From Arcticibacter sp. (GTDB taxonomy: Bacteria; Bacteroidota; Bacteroidia; 2-12-FULL-35-15), in assembly GCA_021155045.1 (NCBI GenBank), contig JAJNQB010000016.1:3109-67108 (forward strand): 64,000 bases of DNA, written 5' to 3'. Below the pieces are notes generated by a model. The model saw nothing but the letters and a program-made list of their open reading frames with translations. It was not told the DNA's origin and did no database searches. Of this stretch, positions 9,977 through 20,489 are shown piece by piece. Both the position numbers and the translations under genes were made by a program. Every line of letters starts with the position of its first letter. Within the stretch, counting starts at the first letter, position 1.

Positions 9977-10672
9977 ATGAGATTTAAAAGATCAAAAATA
10001 TTTTACAGCTTGCTTTATCCATTACTATTTGTAGCGTTAATGTGGGCTGTGAAATTATTCGAAAATTTAACAGGAAACAGTATGGTTTGGTTTGGGATTT
10101 ACCCTAGGACTGTTCACGGACTTGTTGGAATTATAACTTCCCCGTTAATTCATGGCGATTATGCTCATCTATTTTCAAATACTTTACCATTAGTTGTACT
10201 TGGTAGTATCATGTTCTTTTTTTACAGACCAATAGCATTTCAAGTGTTTTTTTGGGTGTATTTAATGACCAATATATGGGTGTGGGCAGCCGCCAGAGAA
10301 TCTTATCATATTGGTGCAAGCGGTGTTTTATATGGTTTTTTATGCTTTTTATTTTTTAGCGGTATTTTCAGAAAAAATCCTCAACTCCTTGCTTTATCTT
10401 TATTTGTAACAGTATTGTATGGAGGAATGGTTTGGGGTATTTTACCCATAAAAAATGGAATGTCTTGGGAATCGCATTTGCTTGGCTCATTAGCAGGAAT
10501 TATTACAGCATATAATTTCAGAAAAGAAGGTCCGCCACCTAAAAAATACGATTGGGGTAGTGATGAAGAAAATGAAATGATTGATGTAAGCGGAGAACAA
10601 CTTTCTGATGAAATTGATCAAACAAACAACTCTGTTCAAATTAATTACACCTACAAGCAAAACGAAAAATAA
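9977..10672 (+). CDS. rhomboid family intramembrane serine protease
   Basis: Multi-TM protein with the GASG (GxSG) catalytic motif (HIGASGVLYGF) and a downstream His in a TM segment. Confidence 0.75.
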   Translation: MRFKRSKIFYSLLYPLLFVALMWAVKLFENLTGNSMVWFGIYPRTVHGLVGIITSPLIHGDYAHLFSNTLPLVVLGSIMFFFYRPIAFQVFFWVYLMTNIWVWAAARESYHIGASGVLYGFLCFLFFSGIFRKNPQLLALSLFVTVLYGGMVWGILPIKNGMSWESHLLGSLAGIITAYNFRKEGPPPKKYDWGSDEENEMIDVSGEQLSDEIDQTNNSVQINYTYKQNEK

Positions 10673-10720
10673 TTTTTTTCGAAAAACAATTTGTAAATTC
10701 GTAGAGCAAAATAAAAAAAT

Positions 10721-11191
10721 ATGTCAAAACGAATTGCAATATTTCCAGGTTCATTCGACCCTATTACAAAAGGGCATGAAAGTATTTTAAAAAGAGCATT
10801 GCCTCTTTTTGATGAAATTGTGGTTGCCATTGGAATAAATAGTCATAAAAACAATTATTTTCCGATTGAACAACGTGAAGCTTGGATAAAACAAGTTTTT
10901 AAAGACGAAAAAAAAGTTACTGTTGCCACCTATTCTGGATTAACCATCGACTTTTGTAAGCAAGTAGGAGCGGAGTTTATTGTTCGAGGTTTACGCACTT
11001 CAGCCGATTTTGAATTTGAAAAAGCAATTGCACAAAACAATAAAATAATGGCACCAAGCATTGAAACCATTTTTATTTTACCTGTTCCTGAATTATCTGC
11101 AATAAATTCAACCATTGTGCGTGATATCATTCGAAACAACGGAGATGCTTCTCCATTTGTACCCCAAGGAATTGTATTAACTAAACAATAA
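10721..11191 (+). CDS. coaD: phosphopantetheine adenylyltransferase
   Basis: IAIFPGSFDPITKGHESI (nucleotidyltransferase HxGH-type motif). 156 aa. Confidence 0.9.
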   Translation: MSKRIAIFPGSFDPITKGHESILKRALPLFDEIVVAIGINSHKNNYFPIEQREAWIKQVFKDEKKVTVATYSGLTIDFCKQVGAEFIVRGLRTSADFEFEKAIAQNNKIMAPSIETIFILPVPELSAINSTIVRDIIRNNGDASPFVPQGIVLTKQ

Positions 11192-11234
11192 GGCACGGCT
11201 ATTGCTCGTTCTATCAAAAACAATCTTTACATAT

Positions 11235-12659
11235 ATGCGTTATCTTTTTTTTATTTTTCTATTTGTTGTTTCATTTTGTTTGCATGCGCAAACACAAAAT
11301 GTTACAATTAAAGGAAGCGCAAAAAGTTATGAGTACAAAGAGATTGGCGTGTGGGCAAATAACGATTACATTTCCAATACACAAAAACAATTGTCGTTTA
11401 CTACAATTGACTCCATCGGTAATTTTAGTTTATCCTTTAATACAAAAACAATACAATACATAACTTTTAAGATTGATAAAAACATTGCTTCTATGTTTAT
11501 TGAACCTAATGGAAATTATGAAGTAATTATTTCTGCACCCGATTCACTTACTTATTTTAATACCAATATTGAACACGATGTAGCTATTTCTATAAAACTA
11601 AAAAGCAAAACAGAAATTAACGCACTTACGATGGATTATGATAAACGCTTTGATGACTTTTTAGGTGTTGAATACAGGTCTTTTGTTAGCAGAACACCAC
11701 AAACCAAAATAGATTCGTTTAAAGTAGTGATGGATAATTTTTATTCGGCAGTAAAAAATGATTATTTCAAAAATTATGTAGTTTATTCCATTGCATCATT
11801 ACAAGAAAAAACAAAAACAAGCGACAAAAAATTATTTAAAACATACATTGAAAACAAGCCTGTTTTGTATAATCATACCGAATACATGAATTTTTTTAAT
11901 ACCTTTTACAAACAAAAATTAGAAAAATTTAGCAATACCAAAGAGGGCGAAGCAATTAACTTTACTATAAATGAAAGTGCCAGTTTTAAAGCAACAAAAG
12001 AATTTTTAAAACGAGATGAATTTTTAAATAACGATACCATTTGCGAACTGGTATTGATAAAAGGATTGTTTGAAAGTTATTATTCCAATACATTTAAACG
12101 AAGCAGCATAAAAGAGATACTAAAACAAGCCATTGCCGAATCTCTTGTTGAAGAACACAAGCAAATAGCACAAAACTGTTTGAATACATTTTCTAAATTA
12201 CAAAAAGAAAGCAAAGCTCCTTATTTTGAATTGCCCGACAAAAATGGTTTAACACATAGTTTGGACCAATTAAGAAGTAAAAAAATGGTTTACTTAATGT
12301 TTTATGATGCCAACAATGCTGTTTGTTTAAGGCAACTAAAAGCCATTGCAACATTAAAGAAAAAGTATGGCGATAAAATAGAATTTGTAAGCATTTCTAA
12401 CGATAAAACAAATGTTGAATTAAAATCCTTTGCAGATAAAAATCCAAAATACAATTGGATGTTTTTGTATGATAATACCTCCGGGAAATTAAAAACAGAT
12501 TATGAAATAATTTCACTTCCTTCATACTTTTTAATAAATACCGATGGTAAATTTATAAGAGTACCAGCAGATAGCCCCGAACAAGATATTGACCAATTGT
12601 TTTATGACCTTACAAAACCTAAAGCAAAACCCCATAATGTGGGAAGCAAAAAGAATTAG
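11235..12659 (+). CDS. secreted thioredoxin-fold (TlpA/AhpC-like) domain protein, function unknown
   Basis: The C-terminal approx 140 aa resemble a redoxin fold (FELPDKNGLTHSLDQLRSKKMVYLMFYDANNAVC) but lack a CxxC motif. The ORF-track start 11202 is TTG; ATG at 11235 begins a signal peptide (MRYLFFIFLFVVSFCLHAQ). Confidence 0.5.
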   Translation: MRYLFFIFLFVVSFCLHAQTQNVTIKGSAKSYEYKEIGVWANNDYISNTQKQLSFTTIDSIGNFSLSFNTKTIQYITFKIDKNIASMFIEPNGNYEVIISAPDSLTYFNTNIEHDVAISIKLKSKTEINALTMDYDKRFDDFLGVEYRSFVSRTPQTKIDSFKVVMDNFYSAVKNDYFKNYVVYSIASLQEKTKTSDKKLFKTYIENKPVLYNHTEYMNFFNTFYKQKLEKFSNTKEGEAINFTINESASFKATKEFLKRDEFLNNDTICELVLIKGLFESYYSNTFKRSSIKEILKQAIAESLVEEHKQIAQNCLNTFSKLQKESKAPYFELPDKNGLTHSLDQLRSKKMVYLMFYDANNAVCLRQLKAIATLKKKYGDKIEFVSISNDKTNVELKSFADKNPKYNWMFLYDNTSGKLKTDYEIISLPSYFLINTDGKFIRVPADSPEQDIDQLFYDLTKPKAKPHNVGSKKN

Positions 12660-12801
12660 TGTTTTTTAGTATGGATTTTATGAATTGGTTTAATTTTTTA
12701 GTACTTATAAATACCCTAAAAAAGTTTTTTTAAATCATAAAATCTGCCTTATTTAAAAAATTATTAGCTTTGCCTTCCGAAAAAATTAAAAAACAAGCGG
12801 T

Positions 12802-13860
12802 ATGGCAAACAAAAAAATTGTAGAATTATTAGGCGCAGATGCTGATAATTTATTGAATCACACCTGTAAAGGAATTACCAAAGAACAAATTCATTTACCT
12901 AGCCCTGATTTTGTAGAAAAAAGCTTTTTCGGTTCTAATCGTTCTTCTCAGGTATTGCGTAGCCTTCAGCAATTATATGGCACTGGACGTTTAGCAAATA
13001 CAGGTTATATGAGTATTTTGCCTGTTGACCAAGGAATAGAACACAGTGCAGGAGCTTCTTTTGCTCCTAATCCAATTTATTTTGATTCAGAAAACATTGT
13101 TAAACTTGCTATTGAAGGCGGTTGCAATGCTGTAGCATCCACTTATGGAGTGTTAGCTTCTGTTTCCAGAAAATATGCTCACAAAATTCCTTTTATAGTA
13201 AAAATTAATCACAACGAGTTTTTATCATATCCAAATAAGTTTGACCAAATAATGTTTGGAACAGTTGAAGATGCTTGGAATATGGGAGCAGTAGCTGTTG
13301 GAGCAACCATTTATTTTGGTTCAGCAGAATCATCACGTCAAATAGTAGAAGTAGCAGCAGCATTTGCACGTGCTCATGAATTGGGTATGGCAACCATTTT
13401 ATGGTGTTATACTCGTAACAGTGCTTTCAAAAAAGATGGGGTAGATTATCATACTGCAACAGATTTATCATCGCAAGCAAACCATATTGGTGTAACCATT
13501 CAAGCAGATATCATTAAACAAAAATTATCGGATAAAAATGGTGGTTACCTGGCAACAGGTCATGGTAAAACACATCCAAAAGTATATTCAGAATTAACCA
13601 CAGATAACCCAATTGATTTAAACCGTTACCAAGTAGCAAATTGTTATATGGGTCGTTTTGGCTTGATTAACAGTGGCGGAGAATCAAAAGGAGCAACAGA
13701 TTTGGCAGAAGCAGTTACTACAGCTGTAATCAACAAACGTGCTGGAGGACAAGGTTTGATTTCAGGGCGTAAAGCATTTCAAAAACCATTAAAAGAAGGT
13801 ATTGAATTATTAAATACCATCCAGGATGTTTATTTAGATAACACAATAACAATTGCTTAA
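12802..13860 (+). CDS. fbaB: class I fructose-bisphosphate aldolase (FbaB/DhnA type)
   Basis: Near full-length collinearity with E. coli FbaB, including [63 protein letters not shown] and the C-terminal [12 protein letters not shown]. Confidence 0.9.
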   Translation: MANKKIVELLGADADNLLNHTCKGITKEQIHLPSPDFVEKSFFGSNRSSQVLRSLQQLYGTGRLANTGYMSILPVDQGIEHSAGASFAPNPIYFDSENIVKLAIEGGCNAVASTYGVLASVSRKYAHKIPFIVKINHNEFLSYPNKFDQIMFGTVEDAWNMGAVAVGATIYFGSAESSRQIVEVAAAFARAHELGMATILWCYTRNSAFKKDGVDYHTATDLSSQANHIGVTIQADIIKQKLSDKNGGYLATGHGKTHPKVYSELTTDNPIDLNRYQVANCYMGRFGLINSGGESKGATDLAEAVTTAVINKRAGGQGLISGRKAFQKPLKEGIELLNTIQDVYLDNTITIA

Positions 13861-13905
13861 AGGGCAATCATTTGTAATTCGTTAAATTCGTAATTCGTAG
13901 ATAAA

Positions 13906-14757
13906 ATGAGTTGGTTTAAAAGAAAAAAAGAAGGTATTACTACTACTACTGGTGAAAAAAAAGAAACACCAGAAGGATTGTGGTACAAATGTCCTAAATG
14001 CAAAAAAATTTCTTCTTCGGCAGAACATGCTTTACATATGTATGTTTGTCCGAATGCTGAATGTAATCACCATGAAAAGATTGGCTCAAAAGAATATTTT
14101 GAGATTATTTTTGATAATAATGAATTTACAGAACTAAACCCAAATTTAACTGCTGGCGATCCTTTAAACTTTATCGATACCAAAAAATACACGGATAGGT
14201 TAAAAGATACCATTAAAAAAACGGAATTGAAAGATGCTATTAGAGCAGCTCATGGCAAGGTAGAAGGAGAAGATTTGGTAATAGCGTGTATGGATTTTAG
14301 CTTTATTGGAGGCTCAATGGGCTCAGTAGTAGGCGAAAAAATTGCACGAGCAATAGATTATTGTATTGAAAAACGTATTCCTTTCATGATTATTTCAAAA
14401 TCGGGTGGAGCACGAATGATGGAGGCTGCATTTTCATTAATGCAAATGGCTAAAACATCAGCTAAATTATCCTTACTTTCAGAAGCAAAAATACCTTATA
14501 TTTCATTTCTAACAGACCCTACAACTGGTGGAGTAACAGCATCTTATGCTATGCTTGGCGACTTAAATATTGCAGAGCCAGGAGCGTTAATTGGTTTTGC
14601 TGGTCCGCGTGTTGTAAAAGAAACAATTGGTAAAGATTTACCAAAAGGATTTCAGACATCAGAGTTTGTGTTAGAGCATGGCTTTTTAGATAAAATTGTG
14701 AGTCGTACAGAGTTAAAAGTTAAACTGGCACAATTGCTAAGGATGTTTAAAAATTAA
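13906..14757 (+). CDS. accD: acetyl-CoA carboxylase carboxyltransferase subunit beta
   Basis: N-terminal Zn-ribbon (CPKC...CPNAEC) followed by a carboxyltransferase domain ([20 protein letters not shown]). Confidence 0.9.
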   Translation: MSWFKRKKEGITTTTGEKKETPEGLWYKCPKCKKISSSAEHALHMYVCPNAECNHHEKIGSKEYFEIIFDNNEFTELNPNLTAGDPLNFIDTKKYTDRLKDTIKKTELKDAIRAAHGKVEGEDLVIACMDFSFIGGSMGSVVGEKIARAIDYCIEKRIPFMIISKSGGARMMEAAFSLMQMAKTSAKLSLLSEAKIPYISFLTDPTTGGVTASYAMLGDLNIAEPGALIGFAGPRVVKETIGKDLPKGFQTSEFVLEHGFLDKIVSRTELKVKLAQLLRMFKN

Positions 14758-14805
14758 GAGATCATCTCGATTTTTTTCAGTCGTCCCTTAGGCCGACTTA
14801 TTGAA

Positions 14806-14858
14806 TTAAATGTCAGTTCGAGTAGCGAGGAACGAGTGTATCGAGAACTGTTTTTGAA
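14806..14858 (+). repeat. intergenic direct repeat, copy 1 (50 bp identical core 14809..14858 plus similar tail to about 14888)
   Basis: aatgtcagttcgagtagcgaggaacgagtgtatcgagaactgtttttgaa is identical to 14967..15016. The tails share the cctcctaatcct / tttcctaatcct segment. Confidence 0.8.
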
Positions 14859-14964
14859 AAAATGCTATTGCCTCCTAATCCTACACACTTTTTCGATACA
14901 TCAGCCTGCCGCAGACACTCAAAATGACCTACTTAATTTGTTATGTTTATGTGTTTTATTGAAG

Positions 14965-15016
14965 TTAATGTCAGTTCGAGTAGCGAGGAACGAGTGTATC
15001 GAGAACTGTTTTTGAA
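14965..15016 (+). repeat. intergenic direct repeat, copy 2 (tail to about 15047)
   Basis: Perfect 50 bp identity with 14809..14858, 158 bp downstream. Lies in the accD-rpsO intergenic region. Confidence 0.8.
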
Positions 15017-15069
15017 GGGATAGTGTTATTTCCTAATCCTTAAATAGACTAAAAAATCCCTTTAAACTA

Positions 15070-15099
15070 TTGCAAATTAAAAAAAGATAATTATCTTTG
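15070..15099 (+). promoter_or_regulatory. putative Bacteroidota sigma-A type promoter for rpsO (-33 TTG, -7 TAnnTTTG)
   Basis: TTG at 15070-15072, a 19 bp spacer, then TAtcTTTG at 15092-15099. ATG of rpsO lies 60 nt downstream. Confidence 0.3.
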
Positions 15100-15158
15100 C
15101 ATCCCGTTTTTAAGAAAAGCTGGATATAAACGTTTAAAAAATTAAAATACCAAATACA

Positions 15159-15428
15159 ATGTATTTAACAACAGAAATAAAAAAAGGAATCTTTAAAAAA
15201 CACGGTAAATCAGATAAAGATACAGGTTCTGCTGAAGGACAAGTGGCACTATTTACCCATAGAATAGACCATTTAACAGAACACTTAAAATCAAACAAAA
15301 AAGACTTTGGAACACAACGCGCTTTGATTAACCTAGTTGGAAAAAGACGTGGAATGTTGGATTATATCAAATCAAAAGATATTGAGCGTTACCGTGCAAT
15401 TATCAAAACATTAGATTTAAGAAAATAA
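15159..15428 (+). CDS. rpsO: 30S ribosomal protein S15
   Basis: 89 aa, a highly conserved S15 sequence (GSAEGQVALFTHRIDHLTEHLK...LVGKRRGMLDYIK). Confidence 0.95.
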   Translation: MYLTTEIKKGIFKKHGKSDKDTGSAEGQVALFTHRIDHLTEHLKSNKKDFGTQRALINLVGKRRGMLDYIKSKDIERYRAIIKTLDLRK

Positions 15429-15458
15429 TCTTTAATGATAATTTAAAATATCATAAAA

Positions 15459-15496
15459 GCATTCGCCAGATTTGGCGGATGCTTTTTGTGTTTTTA
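15459..15496 (+). terminator. rho-independent terminator/attenuator hairpin between rpsO and pnp
   Basis: gcattcgcca-gattt-ggcggatgc stem (9 bp with one G-U pair) followed by tttttgtgttttt. This is the classic rpsO-pnp intergenic arrangement. Confidence 0.6.
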
Positions 15497-15558
15497 TTAT
15501 AGCTGTAAATAAATAGTAAAAGAGGTCAAAAGAAAATAATAAATTAAAAACAAAAAAG

Positions 15559-17709
15559 ATGTCAAAAATTGGAATTACACATGCGTTTACACTAGCTGAT
15601 GGACGCGAGATTACATTAGAAACAGGAAAATTAGCAAAACAAGCTGACGGATCTGTAGTTGTTAAAATGGGAAACACGATGCTTTTAGCTACAGTAGTTT
15701 CTAACAAAGATGCGAAAGAAGGAGTTGATTTTTTACCATTATCTGTAGATTATCAAGAAAAATTTGCTTCTGCAGGACGATTTCCTGGTGGATTTTTTAA
15801 ACGCGAAGCTCGTTTATCTGATTACGAAATATTAATTAGCCGATTGGTTGATCGTGCTTTACGTCCTTTATTCCCTGAAGATTATCATGCTGATACACAA
15901 GTATTGATTTCATTAATTTCAGGAGATGTAAATACAATGCCTGATGCATTAGCTTGTTTAGCTGCATCGGCTGCAATTTCTATTTCTGATATTCCGTTTA
16001 ACGGACCAGTGTCAGAAGTAAGAGTAAGTAAATTAGATGGAAAATTAATAGTAAACCCATCGGTTACTGAAATGGAAAAATCATCATTGGATATTATTGT
16101 TGCTGCAAATGCAAAAGATATCATGATGGTAGAAGGTGAAATGAAAGAAATTTCGGAAGCAGAAATGTTGGAAGCAATAAAATTTGCACATGATGCTATT
16201 CGTTTGCAAATTAATGCAGTAAATGATTTTGTTACAAAAGTAGAAACAACAAAAGGCAAAATTGTAAAACGTGAATATTGCCATGAAACAAATGATGCAG
16301 AGCTAAAAGAGCGTGTTTATAAAGCATTATACGATAAAGCGTATGCTGTTGCAAAAGCTCAAAACCCAAATAAAAAAGAACGTTCAGCAGCATTTAAAGC
16401 TGTGGTAGCTGAGTTTTTAGAATCATTATCTGCCGAAGAAAAAGAAACAATTAATGAAGGCTTAGTAAAAAAATATTATCATGAAGTAGAATACGATGCT
16501 GTACGTAGATTTGTGCTAGATGAAAAAGCTCGTTTGGATGGCCGTAAAACAAATGAAATACGTCCAATTTGGACTGAAATAGGTTATTTACCTTCTGCGC
16601 ATGGTTCTGCCATCTTTACTCGTGGAGAAACACAATCATTAACTTCTGTTACACTAGGAACTAAGTTGGATTTACAATCTATCGACAGAGCATTGTATCA
16701 AGGACAAAACAACTTTATGTTGCATTATAATTTCCCTGCTTTTTCTACAGGTGAAGTAAAACCAAACCGTGGACCTGGAAGACGTGAAGTTGGTCATGGT
16801 AACTTAGCTGAGCGTGCTTTAAAACAAGTGTTGTCGCCAGAAAATCCTTACACAGTACGTGTTGTATCAGATGTGTTAGAATCAAATGGTTCGTCATCAA
16901 TGGCAACAGTTTGCGCTGGAACATTAGCATTAATGGATGCTGGTGTAAAAATTACAAAACCTGTTTCTGGTATTGCAATGGGATTGATTACAGATGACAA
17001 AGGAAAATATGCTATTCTTTCTGATATTTTAGGAGACGAAGATCATTTAGGTGATATGGATTTTAAAGTAACAGGAACAAAAGATGGAATCACTGCTTGC
17101 CAGATGGATTTAAAAGTAGATGGTTTGCCTTATGAAGTAATGGCTGAAGCTTTAGAACAAGCTAAACAAGGTCGTTTACATATATTAGCTGAAATGACTA
17201 AAACTATTTCTGAAACTCGTTCTGATTACAAGCCACATGCTCCGCGCATTGTTAAAATGACAATACCTAAAGAGTTTATTGGCGCTGTAATAGGACCGGG
17301 AGGGAAAATTATTCAAGAAATGCAGCGCGAAACAGGTGCTACTATTGTTATTGAAGAAAAAGATAACATGGGACACATTGATATTGTAGCAACCAATGCA
17401 GATGCAATTAATGCAGTATTGGCTAAAATAAAAGGCATTGTTGCACAACCAGAAGTAGGAGAGATATATGAAGGAAAAATAAAATCAATAATGGCATTTG
17501 GTGCTTTTGTTGAGTTTATGCCAGGTAAAGATGGTTTGTTACATATTTCAGAAATTAGCCACAGCCGATTAGAAACTATGGATGGTGTGCTTAAAGAAGG
17601 TGAAAAAATAAAAGTGAAATTAATTGGGGTTGATCCTAAAACAGGAAAATTCAAATTATCCCACAAAGTATTGTTGCCTAAACCAGAACAAACATCTGCT
17701 CAGAATTAA
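15559..17709 (+). CDS. pnp: polyribonucleotide nucleotidyltransferase (PNPase)
   Basis: 716 aa. Two RNase PH domains followed by C-terminal KH and S1 domains ([16 protein letters not shown]; S1 region [20 protein letters not shown]). Confidence 0.95.
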   Translation: MSKIGITHAFTLADGREITLETGKLAKQADGSVVVKMGNTMLLATVVSNKDAKEGVDFLPLSVDYQEKFASAGRFPGGFFKREARLSDYEILISRLVDRALRPLFPEDYHADTQVLISLISGDVNTMPDALACLAASAAISISDIPFNGPVSEVRVSKLDGKLIVNPSVTEMEKSSLDIIVAANAKDIMMVEGEMKEISEAEMLEAIKFAHDAIRLQINAVNDFVTKVETTKGKIVKREYCHETNDAELKERVYKALYDKAYAVAKAQNPNKKERSAAFKAVVAEFLESLSAEEKETINEGLVKKYYHEVEYDAVRRFVLDEKARLDGRKTNEIRPIWTEIGYLPSAHGSAIFTRGETQSLTSVTLGTKLDLQSIDRALYQGQNNFMLHYNFPAFSTGEVKPNRGPGRREVGHGNLAERALKQVLSPENPYTVRVVSDVLESNGSSSMATVCAGTLALMDAGVKITKPVSGIAMGLITDDKGKYAILSDILGDEDHLGDMDFKVTGTKDGITACQMDLKVDGLPYEVMAEALEQAKQGRLHILAEMTKTISETRSDYKPHAPRIVKMTIPKEFIGAVIGPGGKIIQEMQRETGATIVIEEKDNMGHIDIVATNADAINAVLAKIKGIVAQPEVGEIYEGKIKSIMAFGAFVEFMPGKDGLLHISEISHSRLETMDGVLKEGEKIKVKLIGVDPKTGKFKLSHKVLLPKPEQTSAQN

Positions 17710-17728
17710 TAAGAAAAACAATAAGATA

Positions 17729-17757
17729 AAGCCTCACAGAGATGTGGGGCTTTTTTG
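17729..17757 (+). terminator. rho-independent terminator after pnp
   Basis: aagcctcaca-gaga-tgtggggc hairpin followed by tttttt, then gtc. Confidence 0.6.
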
Positions 17758-17792
17758 TCTTTTACATAAACCACATGTTTATTTTAAAGGTA

Positions 17793-17823
17793 TTGATGAG
17801 ACAATAAATTTTTCATACCTTTG
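17793..17823 (+). promoter_or_regulatory. putative promoter for pyrR (-33 TTG / -7 TAccTTTG)
   Basis: TTG at 17793-17795, a 20 bp spacer, then TAccTTTG at 17816-17823. This implies a very short leader before ATG 17833. Confidence 0.25.
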
Positions 17824-17832
17824 TTTCCCGAA

Positions 17833-18372
17833 ATGATAAAGCCACGAATTATCCTCGACAGCAAACATTTTGAAATTACCGTTACTCGGCTTTGTTATCA
17901 ATTAATTGAAGTTCATGATGACTTTTCTAAAACCGTAATAATTGGTCTTCAACCTCGAGGCATTTACCTTGCAAAACGTATTCAGAAAAAATTACAGGAA
18001 ATTTTAAAAAATAAAAATGTAAAATGTGGTAGCTTAGATACTACTTTTTATCGTGATGATTTTAGGCAAAAAGAACTTGTTCCTAATAGAACCGAAATTG
18101 ATTTTATCATTGAAGATAAAAATGTGGTGCTAGTTGATGATGTTTTATTTACAGGAAGAACAATACGTGCAGGCTTAGATGCTATGCTTGCTTTTGGAAG
18201 ACCTAAAGATGTAGAATTATTGGTTTTGATTGATAGAAGATTAAGCCGACATGTACCTATTCAAGCCAAGTATATTGGAAAAAAAATAGATTCTATTGCT
18301 TCTGAACGAGTAGTGGTAGAGTGGATTGAAACAGATGGAAAAGATAAAGTAACTTTATTAACAAACGATTAA
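17833..18372 (+). CDS. pyrR: bifunctional pyrimidine operon regulator / uracil phosphoribosyltransferase PyrR
   Basis: PRTase motif VVLVDDVLFTGRTIRA. The N-terminus aligns with PyrR proteins (xILDxxxIxRTLTRLxxQIIE). The ORF-track start 17821 is TTG; ATG at 17833 (MIKPRIILD) is preferred. Confidence 0.85.
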   Translation: MIKPRIILDSKHFEITVTRLCYQLIEVHDDFSKTVIIGLQPRGIYLAKRIQKKLQEILKNKNVKCGSLDTTFYRDDFRQKELVPNRTEIDFIIEDKNVVLVDDVLFTGRTIRAGLDAMLAFGRPKDVELLVLIDRRLSRHVPIQAKYIGKKIDSIASERVVVEWIETDGKDKVTLLTND

Positions 18373-18381
18373 TAAAAACGA

Positions 18382-19305
18382 ATGACGAACCTAAGTACCA
18401 AACACTTATTAGGAATTAAAGACCTCACGGTTGACGACATAAATTTAATATTATCTACCGCTGAAAGTTTTAAAGAAGTCATCAATCGCCCAATTAAAAA
18501 AGTACCTTCATTACGAGATATTACCATTGCCAATTTGTTTTTCGAAAATTCTACCCGTACAAAATTATCTTTTGAACTTGCCGAAAAACGTTTAAGTGCC
18601 GATGTAATAAACTTTTCAGCTTCTTCATCGTCTGTTAAAAAAGGCGAAACATTAATAGATACTGTAAACAATATTTTGGCAATGAAAGTGGATATGGTAG
18701 TGATGCGACATCCCAACCCTGGAGCAGCAGTATTTTTATCGAAACATATTGATGCAAAAATAATTAATGCTGGAGATGGAGCTCACGAACATCCAACGCA
18801 AGCTTTATTAGATGCATTTTCAATAAAGGAAAAGTTAGGAACAATTAAAGGCAAAAAAATTGCTATAATTGGCGACATACTTCACTCACGAGTGGCATTA
18901 TCCAACATATTTTGCTTACAAAAATTGGGTGCTGAAGTGATGGTGTGTGGACCCACAACCTTAATTCCAAAATACATTTCATCACTTGGAGTAAAGATAG
19001 AGCATAACTTACGAAAAGCGCTTGAATGGTGTGATGTTGCAAATATGTTGCGCATCCAGCTCGAAAGACAAGATATTAAATACTTCCCAAGCCTCAGAGA
19101 ATATAGTATGTTGTATGGTTTGAACAAAGAAATTTTAGATTCCCTTTCTAAAAAAATTATTGTGATGCACCCAGGTCCTATAAATAGAGGTGTAGAGATA
19201 ACAAGCGATGTAGCAGATAGCAAACAAAGCATTATACTTGAGCAGGTTGAAAATGGCGTAGCAGTTAGAATGGCTGTACTTTTTTTACTTGCAGGAAGAG
19301 CTTAA
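18382..19305 (+). CDS. pyrB: aspartate carbamoyltransferase catalytic subunit
   Basis: STRTKLSFE (carbamoyl-phosphate binding), HPTQALLD, and HPGP...RG motifs. 307 aa. Confidence 0.9.
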   Translation: MTNLSTKHLLGIKDLTVDDINLILSTAESFKEVINRPIKKVPSLRDITIANLFFENSTRTKLSFELAEKRLSADVINFSASSSSVKKGETLIDTVNNILAMKVDMVVMRHPNPGAAVFLSKHIDAKIINAGDGAHEHPTQALLDAFSIKEKLGTIKGKKIAIIGDILHSRVALSNIFCLQKLGAEVMVCGPTTLIPKYISSLGVKIEHNLRKALEWCDVANMLRIQLERQDIKYFPSLREYSMLYGLNKEILDSLSKKIIVMHPGPINRGVEITSDVADSKQSIILEQVENGVAVRMAVLFLLAGRA

Positions 19306-19366
19306 AAAATCTTTTGCTTTTTACACTAAAAATTTCCTACATTTGTCTAATACTAAAAATCAGGAT

Positions 19367-19702
19367 ATGAGTTTTGAGATAGAAAAGAAAGATAATTATG
19401 CTGTAATAAAAGTAAAAACTGAAAAGTTGGATACGCTTATTGCTCCATCATTAAAATCAGAATTGGTTATTTTAAATACGGATGGAATCAATAATATAAT
19501 TATTGATTTGACAGATACTCGTTATTGCGATTCATCTGGTTTAAGCGCTATTTTGGTAGCAAATAGACTTTGTAAAAACGGAAATGGAAAGTTTGTGCTT
19601 ACTGGATTGCAAGATGCAGTAAAACGATTAATAACAATATCTCAGTTAGATAGCATTTTAACAATAACTAATACTTTATCAGAAGCTACTAAAACAATAT
19701 AA
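19367..19702 (+). CDS. STAS domain protein (anti-sigma factor antagonist, SpoIIAA-like)
   Basis: About 110 aa with the conserved DSSGL motif (phospho-Ser site). The ORF-track start 19289 overlaps the pyrB 3' end; ATG at 19367 (MSFEIEKK) gives the typical STAS length. Confidence 0.7.
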   Translation: MSFEIEKKDNYAVIKVKTEKLDTLIAPSLKSELVILNTDGINNIIIDLTDTRYCDSSGLSAILVANRLCKNGNGKFVLTGLQDAVKRLITISQLDSILTITNTLSEATKTI

Positions 19703-19725
19703 TAACTAACCAAAACCCAATAAAC

Positions 19726-20487
19726 ATGATTAAAAAATTACTCTTTATTATAGGAATTGCAGGTGCAAGTTCTTTAAGTTCAAATGCTCAAGTTTGTACT
19801 CCTGATATTTCTTGTGTTCCAGTAACGGCAAATTATGGCGTATGCCCAGATAGTGCAACTGGTTTAGCAATTGGAACAGTTGGTGTTCCTTATACACAAA
19901 CTGTTAGTTTCAAGGTACCAACTGATGGAACTGATTTTGGTTATCCTTCTGCAACAATTAATTCTATTGTTATTACTGGAGTTGATAGTTTAGCACCTGG
20001 TTTAATATATCAATGTGCTCCAGGTAGTTGTAGCTTTCCTGGCGGTTCTAATGGTTGTATTCTAATTAGCGGTACTCCAACAATGGTTTGGAACAAACAA
20101 ATTATTGTAAAAGCGGATGCTAATGGTACAATTTTCGGTGTTCCTGTTACATTACCACAAGAAAACAAACAATACCGTAGCATTGTTGTTGCTGCATCTG
20201 GCATTGCCGAGTTAAATTTGAATAAATTTGATGTTCAACAAAATGCACCGAATCCATTTGCTGATAAAACAGAAATTTACTTTTCCTCATTAAATGCTAC
20301 ACAAATTGAATTTAAGATTTACAACCTTTTAGGTGCTGTTGTTTATGACAATAAATTTATGGCAGAAAAAGGTGCTAACACCATTAAAATTGATGCGAAT
20401 TCATTTGCACCTGGAGTATATATCTATTCAGTAAAAAATGGAGATAAAGTTATAACAAAACGCATGGTGGTGAGTGATAAAAAATAA
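19726..20487 (+). CDS. secreted protein with T9SS type A C-terminal sorting domain
   Basis: Signal peptide. The C-terminal approx 80 aa match Por/T9SS CTD features (NPF..., KIYNLLGAVVY, GVYIYSVKNGDKVITKRMVV). Cys-rich N-terminal region. Confidence 0.7.
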   Translation: MIKKLLFIIGIAGASSLSSNAQVCTPDISCVPVTANYGVCPDSATGLAIGTVGVPYTQTVSFKVPTDGTDFGYPSATINSIVITGVDSLAPGLIYQCAPGSCSFPGGSNGCILISGTPTMVWNKQIIVKADANGTIFGVPVTLPQENKQYRSIVVAASGIAELNLNKFDVQQNAPNPFADKTEIYFSSLNATQIEFKIYNLLGAVVYDNKFMAEKGANTIKIDANSFAPGVYIYSVKNGDKVITKRMVVSDKK

Positions 20488-20489
20488 GA

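Noticed and set aside
10608-10790. 60 aa ORF overlapping the rhomboid 3' end and the coaD start
   Set aside because: Out-of-frame overlap with two well-supported genes; spurious.
14806-15016. Possibility that the two identical 50 bp repeats are a minimal CRISPR array
   Set aside because: Only two repeats and a spacing of 158 bp, far longer than CRISPR spacers. The repeat is 50 bp with extended similar tails, and no cas genes are nearby. More consistent with a duplicated intergenic element.
15070-15099. Systematic promoter calling for every gene using the Bacteroidota TAnnTTTG -7 box
   Set aside because: Only the rpsO and pyrR upstream regions showed both a TTG -33 element and a TAnnTTTG -7 element at 19-20 bp spacing. 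Other candidates (e.g. upstream of fbaB at 12765-12772, and of the DMT transporter at 37921-37928) lack a convincing -33 partner and were not listed as features.
17624-17836. 70 aa plus-strand ORF spanning the pnp 3' end, the terminator hairpin and the pyrR promoter region
   Set aside because: Overlaps a clear intrinsic terminator and promoter-like motifs. No start-codon context or homology; almost certainly spurious.
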